DNA of 64,000 nucleotides. Source: Prevotella sp. Its GTDB lineage: Bacteria; Bacteroidota; Bacteroidia; Bacteroidales; Bacteroidaceae. Below are positions 25,700 to 34,332 of the stretch, piece after piece (positions within the stretch are counted from its first letter, which is position 1; each line of letters starts with the position of its first letter). The notes under the pieces were generated by a model. That model was given only the letters and a program-made list of their open reading frames with translations, was not told the origin of the DNA and searched no databases. Both the position numbers and the translations under genes were made by a program. Where the stretch lies: assembly GCA_018385335.1 (NCBI GenBank), contig JAHAZN010000018.1, forward strand, positions 5,839 through 69,838. Reading direction: 5' to 3'.

Positions 25700-27170
25700 G
25701 TCGTAAGAATTTGGATTTTAAAGCGTTCCACAACTTTGTCTTGCGATGGAGTGTGATGAGTGTAAGCGTGAGGGAGAGCAGGGCGAGCAGGATGCCCGAC
25801 AGCCAATAGGCATAGTCTGAGAACGAGCGGGCCACAATATATGCAGCCACACCGATGGGCAGTTGCATCAAGAGCGTGAGGAACACCTGTTTTGATAGTC
25901 TGATGTGATAGCGATAGCGAGTGAAGAGGAGCAGGAGCAACATATCTACGAAATAGAGTACGACAAGTGCTACACCTGTGCCTACGAAGCCCAGACGCTG
26001 ATAGAAGAAGAGAACGAAGAGAACGAGCAGGAGGTCATAGACGCTCTCCATAGAGAGGTATGCAATGGAGTCGCCCTTGGCCAACATCACATAGGAGACA
26101 GAGAGAGTGATCGCCCTCATATACATAGCGAGCAGCGCTATCTGTGCCATGGAGATAAGGGGAAGAAAAGTATCAGCGTAGAGGAGAGGTACGAGGAGAG
26201 GCAGAGCGATAATCAGTGTGCAGAGCATGGGAGATACTAAGAGCAGTGCCACCTCTATCTGCTGGTTGACCATCTTGTTGACATCAGCCACATGATGATT
26301 AACGCCGGAGAGACGCGGAAAATAATCGGTCTCCATCGCCGAGAACACCACACCAGCATAGGTGATGCACAACATATATGCCGCATTGTATAGTCCCACG
26401 ACATCGCTGCCACCGCAGACATTGAGGTAAGAGCGCACAATCATCTCTGCAGCTGACCCCATGATACCCGCAAGGGTGAAGGCGATGCCAAGTTTCACCA
26501 TGCCCATCCCCTCACCAAAGAAATTGCTCTTCCATGCCAAGGGGAAGAGTCGGCAGGAGCAACGCAGCGTGATAAGCATATTAGCCAGTGAGGTGAAGAG
26601 AAAGACTGGTATGATACCACGGAAGCCAAAATAATAGAAGAGCGGAACGGAGAAGAGCAGCATAGAAAGAACGGCGAGCAGCTGAACCAATGCCATCTGT
26701 CTCAACTGTCTTATGGCCTTAAGGATGGCCATCTCGCCACCGGTGATAGCCGTCATACCCACCACAGGAGAGAGCATGAGGATATCATAGAGATGATCTT
26801 CATTGTCGAAGATGAAATGATTCAGCAGCTGAGAGAGGACGAGACAAGTCAGGATGCCAAGCAGGGCGGTGAAGAGTGTCCATGAGCGCACCACCTTGAC
26901 GTAGTTGTTAAGTTCTTCTGGCTTTCCTGCATCATAGAGTTCGCTCATCGTGCGGATAGCACTGAAAGAGATGCCAAAGGAGGTGGCCTGAGATATGAAG
27001 TTGAGCATTGTGTTGAAGAGCGACACCAAGCCCATGCCTGCCGGTCCGAGGAGCACAGCCACAAGTTTGTTGCGCAGCACACCAATGATGATACTCAGTC
27101 CCTGTACGCCGCCAAAGACACCGATGTACTTGAGGATATGAGTGTAGATACCCTGTTCCTTGTCACTCAT
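25692..27170 (-). CDS. polysaccharide flippase (Wzx-like, MOP superfamily)
   Basis: About 492 aa and highly hydrophobic with many predicted TM helices, in the layout typical of O-antigen/EPS flippases. The track start at 27218 is a TTG. The ATG at 27168-27170 forms an ATGA overlap with the upstream stop. Confidence 0.7.
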   Translation of the reverse strand: MSDKEQGIYTHILKYIGVFGGVQGLSIIIGVLRNKLVAVLLGPAGMGLVSLFNTMLNFISQATSFGISFSAIRTMSELYDAGKPEELNNYVKVVRSWTLFTALLGILTCLVLSQLLNHFIFDNEDHLYDILMLSPVVGMTAITGGEMAILKAIRQLRQMALVQLLAVLSMLLFSVPLFYYFGFRGIIPVFLFTSLANMLITLRCSCRLFPLAWKSNFFGEGMGMVKLGIAFTLAGIMGSAAEMIVRSYLNVCGGSDVVGLYNAAYMLCITYAGVVFSAMETDYFPRLSGVNHHVADVNKMVNQQIEVALLLVSPMLCTLIIALPLLVPLLYADTFLPLISMAQIALLAMYMRAITLSVSYVMLAKGDSIAYLSMESVYDLLLVLFVLFFYQRLGFVGTGVALVVLYFVDMLLLLLFTRYRYHIRLSKQVFLTLLMQLPIGVAAYIVARSFSDYAYWLSGILLALLSLTLTLITLHRKTKLWNALKSKFLRHG

Positions 27171-27820
27171 TGCAAGCAGTCTTTCATTATTCGTAACAGA
27201 CTCTCCGGATTCGTCCAACTGAACTCCGGCAGGGTGATAAGCGTCTTATACAAACGGCGCTTCTCCTTCTTCACCTTAGGAGCCACACGTCGCTCCTCAG
27301 CAAGCAGCAGCTTCCCAAAGCCACCGATATAGTAAGTATCGACAAGAGGATAGCGCAGGTCAGAGGCTGCATTGAGGTCAACGGAAGAGTAATTGACAAA
27401 ATCACCTATGTCGATATTTGTTATCTGTCGGTTGTCATTCTCCATCCTCCTAAACGCCTCTATGTCGATGACGCTTGCACGATAGAGCACCAGTTTGCCC
27501 ACGGTATCGACAATGGTGGTGAGCAGCGTATCGAGACACACAAAGCGCTGGTCGTCGAAAGACACCTCGTCAATCAACTTCATGTTGGCACGCATGGTGA
27601 TACTACCCTTCCTATAGACCAAACTGGAGTTTTTGAGAAACACATTGGCCATCGTCTTTACCTCCTCACCCGAACGCATGTGGATGGTAGCAGGACGGAA
27701 GGTGGGATAATAGGTGGTCGTGGCGGATGTGCGCTGCGCCCATAACGGTAGAGCAGAGAGCAGGATAAGCAAAAGCAAAAGGCTCCGCAGCATATATCGA
27801 GAGATACGAAGATGTGACAT
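27167..27820 (-). CDS. hypothetical secreted protein
   Basis: 217 aa with a signal peptide (LLLLLILLSALPLWAQ). I recognise no family. It is the first gene of the unit that continues into the flippase and GT2. Confidence 0.5.
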   Translation of the reverse strand: MSHLRISRYMLRSLLLLLILLSALPLWAQRTSATTTYYPTFRPATIHMRSGEEVKTMANVFLKNSSLVYRKGSITMRANMKLIDEVSFDDQRFVCLDTLLTTIVDTVGKLVLYRASVIDIEAFRRMENDNRQITNIDIGDFVNYSSVDLNAASDLRYPLVDTYYIGGFGKLLLAEERRVAPKVKKEKRRLYKTLITLPEFSWTNPESLLRIMKDCLQ

Positions 27821-27873
27821 TTCTGTTTTGAGTTAGTATGTAACATCGGGGAAGCATCCCCACAAATGATGTA

Positions 27874-27881
27874 CAAAGGTA
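27874..27881 (-). promoter_or_regulatory. -7 promoter box (TAnnTTTG) for the hypothetical/flippase/GT2 unit
   Basis: The reverse complement reads TACCTTTG, about 54 nt upstream of the ATG at 27820. Confidence 0.55.
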
Positions 27882-28054
27882 AGAAAAATATTTCAAACAC
27901 ATCATTATTCTCGAAAAATAGGGTGCTTTTTATTTTGTTCTCAGAATTTGCATCTCTACATGTTTTCCTTATTAGTTCATCATACGCTATTTCCGAGGAT
28001 TAAAAAAAATCATAAAAAGACAGTTGAAGCGTAACAACCTATCGTTTTTTTTCG

Positions 28055-28062
28055 TAACTTTG
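28055..28062 (+). promoter_or_regulatory. -7 promoter box (TAnnTTTG) for rpoD
   Basis: TAACTTTG lies 65 nt upstream of the ATG at 28128. It is followed by the 12-nt palindrome TTTTTGCAAAAA. Confidence 0.55.
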
Positions 28063-28127
28063 CAGGGATTTTTGCAAAAATATTTTATTCTTTTGATTTT
28101 CAGAGGATTATAACATTATTGTTGAAG

Positions 28128-29000
28128 ATGAGACAATTAAAGATTCAGAAAAGCATTACCAATCGTTCGAGTGAGGCGTTAGACAAATACTTAGTAGAGA
28201 TAGGACGCGCACCGCTGATTTCAATTGACGAGGAGATAGAACTGGCGCAGAAGATTAGGAAGGGTGGGCCGGAAGGTGAACGTGCCAAGGACAAACTGGT
28301 GACAGCCAACCTCCGCTTCGTTGTATCAGTAGCCAAGCAATATCAGCATCAGGGTCTCACACTTACCGATTTGATTGACGAGGGTAACATCGGACTTATC
28401 AAGGCTGCACAGAAGTTTGACGAGACAAGGGGATTCAAGTTTATCTCCTATGCTGTGTGGTGGATAAGACAGAGCATCCTTCAGGCTATTGCTGAACAGA
28501 GTCGCATCGTGCGTCTCCCCCTCAATCAGGTGGGATCGCTCAACAAAATAAATCATGAGATCAACAAGTTTGAACAGGAGAACCAGCGCCATCCCTCGGT
28601 ATCGGAACTCAGCGAAGCCACCAACCTCGACGAGGAGAAGATTGGGCAGAGTCTCATGGCAGACGGTCACCATGTCTCGATAGATGCGCCCTTCCAGGAT
28701 GGTGAAGACAACTGTATGCTCGACGTGATGGCCAGTGGTGATGACAGTCGCACCGACAGACAGGTAGATCATGAGTCGATGGCGCAAGAGCTCAACTCAG
28801 TGCTCTGTAAGGTATTAAAAGACAGAGAGATAACTATCATACGCGAATGTTTTGGTATAGGGTGTCACGAGAAGGGACTAGAAGAGATTGGTGACCAGCT
28901 CGGACTCACCCGTGAGCGTGTAAGACAGATACGTGAGAAGAGTATCGCCAAACTACGTGACAGCGGAAATGCAAAGATATTGATGAAATATTTGGGATGA
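28128..29000 (+). CDS. rpoD: primary RNA polymerase sigma-70 factor (short Bacteroidetes sigma-A type)
   Basis: 290 aa. It has region 2 (DLIDEGNIGLIKAAQKFD, YAVWWIRQ), region 3 and region 4 (LGLTRERVRQIREKSIAKLR), with no long region 1.1. The track start at 28119 is a TTG, so I trimmed it to the ATG at 28128. Confidence 0.9.
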   Translation: MRQLKIQKSITNRSSEALDKYLVEIGRAPLISIDEEIELAQKIRKGGPEGERAKDKLVTANLRFVVSVAKQYQHQGLTLTDLIDEGNIGLIKAAQKFDETRGFKFISYAVWWIRQSILQAIAEQSRIVRLPLNQVGSLNKINHEINKFEQENQRHPSVSELSEATNLDEEKIGQSLMADGHHVSIDAPFQDGEDNCMLDVMASGDDSRTDRQVDHESMAQELNSVLCKVLKDREITIIRECFGIGCHEKGLEEIGDQLGLTRERVRQIREKSIAKLRDSGNAKILMKYLG

Positions 29001-31057
29001 ACCAATGCTGGGACCCTCCGCGCATCAAGATTGCTAAAGCGTTCTTAGGGCTGCTGCTTCTGATGTCGTTCTGCCTTGCTGCTAAGGCAGAGAGCAGGAT
29101 GATGACAAAAGGGGACGAACAGCTACTGCTGACAAAGGTGTTTCATTATGCCGACAGTCTTGCAGAAAAAGTGGAGGGAACACAGCGGTTTATCTATCTC
29201 AAATATGACCATAAGACGGTGAGGCGCAACTTCACTCTCGTCACCATCCCCACCATGCACACCATCGCACACGGGGAGCGCAACTACACGGGAGAGACCT
29301 ATGGCGCCATCACCTTCAACAGCCTCAACGACTACGACATCGAGAGCATGTACACGGTGGGAACAATCGCTCACCAAAGGAAAATCATGCCCATCATGAT
29401 TAACTATATCACACCTGCTATCTATAGTCCGACGCTGTTAAGAGGTGAACTGTTGTCTCCATTTCATTATGACAACAGAAAATTCTACAACTATCTACTG
29501 ACCCCCATAGACAGCACTAAGACGCGCATAGCGTTTCGACCAAGAACTATCAACACCCAGCTCGTAAAGGGAACGGCAACAGTCAACACAAAGAGCGGAA
29601 AGGTGTTGGAGGCTACCTTCACGGGACATTATGACCTGATGGTCTTCCAACTGAAAATAAATATGCCTGTATGGAGCAACAGCATCATTCCCGACCGTTG
29701 CGAGGTGCTCAGCAATTTCAGATTTACGGGCAACCACATCGCATCGAAGATTGTGGCACGGTTCAACTGCACCACTGCCCCACCCGACAGTTGTACGAAC
29801 GCAATGGAGCTCATGGCACAACTGCGTCCCGAACCGCTCTCAGCGATAGAGAGAAAGATTTATGAACAGCATGCACAGCAGAAACAACAGAAGAGCGACA
29901 GCACCAAGAGCAGACGCAAACAGCTGATTAACAACAAGGTGACCGACAGGGCATGGGACATCATCGGCGACTACCTGCTCAGTTCACAGCATACAGGCTC
30001 CGAACGTGCCTCACTGAGCATGTCACCACTCTTCAGTCCGCAGTATTTCAGCTATAGTAACAACAGAGGACTGGCGTATAAGATAAAGATAGGCTCTATC
30101 TATAACTTCAACAGCAACAGCAACCTCTCTCTCTGTCCGCAACTGGGTTACAACTTCAAGCAGAAACTCTTCTATTTCAATTCACCCCTACGCTACACCT
30201 TCAACAGCCGACGCAACGGATGGATAGAATATACCTGGGCCAACGGCAACCGCATCACCAACTCTTCTATCCTCGATAAAATCAAAGACGAGCAGATGGA
30301 CACCATCGACTTCGACGCACTCAAGCTCGACTATTTCAAAGATGAGATGCTGAAGTTGGAAGGCAACCTGTGTATCGCCGACAAATGGAACGTGAGTACT
30401 GGTGCCATCTATCACCGACGAACAGCTGTCAACAGTTACGACATGGAAGCTCTCGGGAAACAAAGCATCTATAGCAGTTTCGCACCCTTCGTATCTATCA
30501 ACTACCAACCCTCGCCCACATGGCCCATCTTCTCATGCAACTATGAGCGGGGCATCCCACATCTCTTTAAGTCGGACATAAAATATGAGAGGGTGGAGAT
30601 GGACATGAGCTATAAGAGATACCTCAAGACACTCAGAAACATCAACTTCCGACTGGGATGCGGATTCTTTACTAACAAGTCTGACGACTACTTCGTGGAC
30701 TACTCCAACTTTAGGGAAAACTATCTGCCAGACAGTTGGGAAGACGAATGGACAGGACAATTCCAACTGCTCAACAGCACATGGTATAATGCCTCACGCT
30801 ATTATATGAGGAGCAATATCTCTTATGAGTCGCCCATGATGTTCATCACACGTATGCCATGGATAGGCCGATATATCGAGAAGGAAAAGCTCTTTCTCAG
30901 TATGTTGCAGATAGAACATATCTCTACTCCCTATATAGAGACAGGCTACGGCATCACCAACCAATATTTCTCCATGGGACTGTTCGCCAATTTTATCAAT
31001 GGCAAATTCTTTGAGTTTGGCACTAAGTTCACTTTAGAATTATTCAGAAAATGGTAA
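28997..31057 (+). CDS. hypothetical secreted / probable outer-membrane protein
   Basis: 686 aa with a signal peptide (AFLGLLLLMSFCLAAKA). The C-terminal half is rich in Tyr/Asn/Phe and ends in an aromatic residue (...LELFRKW), like a beta-barrel. I cannot assign a family with confidence. ATGA overlap with the rpoD stop. Confidence 0.5.
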   Translation: MNQCWDPPRIKIAKAFLGLLLLMSFCLAAKAESRMMTKGDEQLLLTKVFHYADSLAEKVEGTQRFIYLKYDHKTVRRNFTLVTIPTMHTIAHGERNYTGETYGAITFNSLNDYDIESMYTVGTIAHQRKIMPIMINYITPAIYSPTLLRGELLSPFHYDNRKFYNYLLTPIDSTKTRIAFRPRTINTQLVKGTATVNTKSGKVLEATFTGHYDLMVFQLKINMPVWSNSIIPDRCEVLSNFRFTGNHIASKIVARFNCTTAPPDSCTNAMELMAQLRPEPLSAIERKIYEQHAQQKQQKSDSTKSRRKQLINNKVTDRAWDIIGDYLLSSQHTGSERASLSMSPLFSPQYFSYSNNRGLAYKIKIGSIYNFNSNSNLSLCPQLGYNFKQKLFYFNSPLRYTFNSRRNGWIEYTWANGNRITNSSILDKIKDEQMDTIDFDALKLDYFKDEMLKLEGNLCIADKWNVSTGAIYHRRTAVNSYDMEALGKQSIYSSFAPFVSINYQPSPTWPIFSCNYERGIPHLFKSDIKYERVEMDMSYKRYLKTLRNINFRLGCGFFTNKSDDYFVDYSNFRENYLPDSWEDEWTGQFQLLNSTWYNASRYYMRSNISYESPMMFITRMPWIGRYIEKEKLFLSMLQIEHISTPYIETGYGITNQYFSMGLFANFINGKFFEFGTKFTLELFRKW

Positions 31058-34000
31058 GTACACCTCATCAGCTCACCGTCTATAAGGCCAGTGCGGGAAG
31101 TGGCAAGACCTTCCGTCTCGTCGTTGAGTATATCAAACAGCTCATCGCCAACCCCTATGGCTTTCGCAGCATCTTAGCCGTCACCTTCACCAACAAGGCT
31201 ACGGAAGAGATGAAACTGCGTATCCTCGGACAGCTCTACGGCATTAGCAGAGCATTGAAATCGTCTGACGGCTACCTCAATATCCTATGTAAAGAACTGC
31301 AAATAGACGAGCGGACAGTGAGAGAAAGGGCTGCGCTCGCTCTCCACCTGCTCCTTCATAACTACAGCGACTTCCATATCACCACCATCGACTCCTTCTT
31401 CCAGATAGTGTTGCGCAACCTGGCACGAGAACTCGACCTGCCACCCAACCTCAATATCGGACTCAACGACACACAGGTGATGGAAGAGGCTGTAGATAGG
31501 ATGATAGAAGAGCTCAAGCCCGAAGACGAAACACTAAGATGGGTGATGGACTATGTGAACGAGAAGATAGGCGACGACAAGTCGTGGAATATCATCAAAC
31601 AAGTGAAGGATTTTGGTGCGACCATCTTCAAAGACTACTACAAACTCAACAGCAAAGCGCTCCACGAGAAACTCAGCGAGAAGGGATTCTTTACCAACTA
31701 TAACAAACGACTGCGACTGCTGCAGGAAGATGCGCTCAACACAATGAAGCACTATGCTGATGAGTTTGCAGCCATCATGCAAAGCGCATCACTCACCACC
31801 GACGACCTGGCAGGAAAGAACAAGGGGATAGCTTCGTTTTTCAAAAAACTGCAGAACGGCATCTTCGACGAGAGCATCATCAACAGCACCGTGGAGAAAG
31901 CACTCGACAGCGAGGAAAACTGGGTGACAAAAAAACATGAGAGAAGAGAAGCTATTCTCAATGTGGTGAGTACACAACTCTTGCCGCTGCTGAGAAAAGT
32001 CGTTGATGAGAGGGAGAAGAGATGGAGCAACTACCAGTCGGCAAAACTCACGCTGGCCAACATCAACCAGCTGCGACTGTTGCAACATATAGAGCGTAAG
32101 GTAAGACAGCTCAACGATGCAGCAAACAGGTTCCTACTCAGCGACACACAGGGACTGCTCTACTCGCTCATACAAGAGAACGACTCACCGTTCATCTTCG
32201 AGAAGATTGGCGCACGACTCGACCATATCATGATCGATGAGTTTCAAGATACCAGTAGCATACAGTGGAACAACTTCAAGGTGCTGCTCGAAGAGTGCAT
32301 GAGCCGACAGGATGCTGCCAACCTCATCGTGGGCGATGTAAAACAGAGCATCTACAGATGGAGAGCGGGCGACTGGCGACTGCTCAACGGCATCGACGGG
32401 GAATTTGTCAATCGGAAGATTAGCATCGAGACGCTCTCTACCAACTACCGCTCTGCCGCCAATATCATACGATTCAACAACACCCTCTTCAGACTCATGG
32501 CTGAGACAGAGGAGACAAGGATGAAGGAACTCGACGCTATGGGTGCTGAGCAGTTGCATAAAGCCTATAGTGATGTGGAGCAGAAGATGCTGCCAAACAA
32601 CAAGGATGAGGGTTATGTCAACATAACACTGATAGGTAAGACCAACGATTTCGAGGAGAGAAACCTCACGTTCCTCGCCGACAACATCACTGATCTGATG
32701 AAAAAGGGAGTGAGACCCGAAGAGATAGCTATCCTCGCTCGAAACAACAACGAGATAAAACTCATCGCCGAATATCTCAACTACCATTGTCCAGAGATGA
32801 AGGTGGTCTCTGATGAAGCCTTCCGACTCGATGCCTCACTCGCTGTCAATATCCTTGTGACAGCAATGAACTTCCTGGCGCATCCCGATGATATCCTCGT
32901 AAAGGCCGACCTCATCAAAGCCTACCGCTATGGTGTGATGCACGATGACACTGCACTCGACATGCTACTCTGTAGCAAAAGTAGTGAAGAACTCGACCTG
33001 CTCCTGCCCAGGGAGTTGACAGAGCAACGCCAACAGCTGCTCATGCTCCCACTGCCCGAACTCTCAGAACGCCTCTATCAGGTCCTCGCTCTCGACAAGC
33101 TAAAGGAAGAGGGAGCATATCTCATGCTCTTCCACGACTGTCTGCTGGAATTGATGGATGGACTATCCACCGACATTGACGGACTGATGGAGGAATGGGA
33201 AGAGAACTATGCCAAACGTACCATACAGACCAAAGACCAGCAGGGTGTGCGCGTCCTGTCTATCCATAAGAGCAAGGGGCTGGAGTTTGAAAATGTCTTC
33301 CTGCCTTTCTGCGACTGGCAACTGGAGAAGGGACATCTCATCTGGTGCATGCCCAAGGAAGCACCTTTTAATGAGCTACCGCTCGTGCCCATCAACTACA
33401 CATCGAAGGCACTCATAGGCACCATCTATGAAAAGGATTATTCACAGGAGTTTCTGCAAGACAGGGTGGATCACCTCAACCTGCTCTATGTGGCGCTGAC
33501 ACGTGCAGTGAAACGTCTCTTTGTCGTAGGACGCAGTCATGGCTCCATGTCCAACCGCTCATATCTCATCGCTGAGGTGATGGACAGCGTGGCAGAACAA
33601 CTCGACATGCAACGCACAACCTTCATGGAAGAGGAGGATGAGAAGGTGAGAGATGAGGGTGAAGACACGGAGGAGAAGGAAACCATCGTCTATGAATATG
33701 GGCAGCTTGACCTGCACAACGTCCGGCAGGAAGGGACAACAACGGAAAATATCTTCCTGCAACCCATGGAGACGACACTCATCAATATGGTCAGCACCAA
33801 ACATCAGGCGGTGTTTATTCAGAGCAACATGAGTAGAAAATTCGTAGAAGAGGAGGACAGCGAAGACACCACCTCAAAAACAACGAAGAACTACCTGTCG
33901 ATAGGAAGAATCATGCACCAGCTGTTTGCTGAGATAAACAGTATTCAAGATATAGGTCGGGTGGCGGAGCGATATGAACGCGAAGGACTGCTCGAACAGC

Positions 34001-34332
34001 CTTCTCTCACCGCACAAAAGTTGATAGAGCTTATTATGAACCGCATGAAACACCCTCAGGTAAAGATGTGGTTTGACGGCAGCTGGCGTCTCTACAACGA
34101 GTGCTCCATCATCGACATCGACCCCACCACGGGTGAACTGAGGAAACGACGTCCCGACCGTGTGATGATGAACGAGAGCGAATGTATCATCGTTGATTTC
34201 AAGTTTGGAACAGCAAAAGAGGAACACCGACAGCAGGTGGCTGAATATATGCAGATGATCGAGCAGATGGGTCATCAAAACGTGAAGGGATTCCTGTGGT
34301 ATGTGTATGAAAACAAAGTGATAAAGATATGA
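31051..34332 (+). CDS. AddA/RecB-like UvrD-family helicase-nuclease
   Basis: 1093 aa. It has Walker A ASAGSGKT, helicase motifs (MIDEFQDTS, TNYRS, SIHKSKGLEF) and a C-terminal PD-(D/E)XK-like block (RPDRVMM...IIVDFKFG). Confidence 0.85.
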   Translation: MVSTPHQLTVYKASAGSGKTFRLVVEYIKQLIANPYGFRSILAVTFTNKATEEMKLRILGQLYGISRALKSSDGYLNILCKELQIDERTVRERAALALHLLLHNYSDFHITTIDSFFQIVLRNLARELDLPPNLNIGLNDTQVMEEAVDRMIEELKPEDETLRWVMDYVNEKIGDDKSWNIIKQVKDFGATIFKDYYKLNSKALHEKLSEKGFFTNYNKRLRLLQEDALNTMKHYADEFAAIMQSASLTTDDLAGKNKGIASFFKKLQNGIFDESIINSTVEKALDSEENWVTKKHERREAILNVVSTQLLPLLRKVVDEREKRWSNYQSAKLTLANINQLRLLQHIERKVRQLNDAANRFLLSDTQGLLYSLIQENDSPFIFEKIGARLDHIMIDEFQDTSSIQWNNFKVLLEECMSRQDAANLIVGDVKQSIYRWRAGDWRLLNGIDGEFVNRKISIETLSTNYRSAANIIRFNNTLFRLMAETEETRMKELDAMGAEQLHKAYSDVEQKMLPNNKDEGYVNITLIGKTNDFEERNLTFLADNITDLMKKGVRPEEIAILARNNNEIKLIAEYLNYHCPEMKVVSDEAFRLDASLAVNILVTAMNFLAHPDDILVKADLIKAYRYGVMHDDTALDMLLCSKSSEELDLLLPRELTEQRQQLLMLPLPELSERLYQVLALDKLKEEGAYLMLFHDCLLELMDGLSTDIDGLMEEWEENYAKRTIQTKDQQGVRVLSIHKSKGLEFENVFLPFCDWQLEKGHLIWCMPKEAPFNELPLVPINYTSKALIGTIYEKDYSQEFLQDRVDHLNLLYVALTRAVKRLFVVGRSHGSMSNRSYLIAEVMDSVAEQLDMQRTTFMEEEDEKVRDEGEDTEEKETIVYEYGQLDLHNVRQEGTTTENIFLQPMETTLINMVSTKHQAVFIQSNMSRKFVEEEDSEDTTSKTTKNYLSIGRIMHQLFAEINSIQDIGRVAERYEREGLLEQPSLTAQKLIELIMNRMKHPQVKMWFDGSWRLYNECSIIDIDPTTGELRKRRPDRVMMNESECIIVDFKFGTAKEEHRQQVAEYMQMIEQMGHQNVKGFLWYVYENKVIKI

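Noticed and set aside
28069-28080. 12-nt perfect palindrome TTTTTGCAAAAA just downstream of the rpoD promoter box.
   Set aside because: It is a short A/T-rich palindrome that is likely to occur by chance in these A/T-rich leaders. It has no second copy or flanking structure, so I do not report it as a site.
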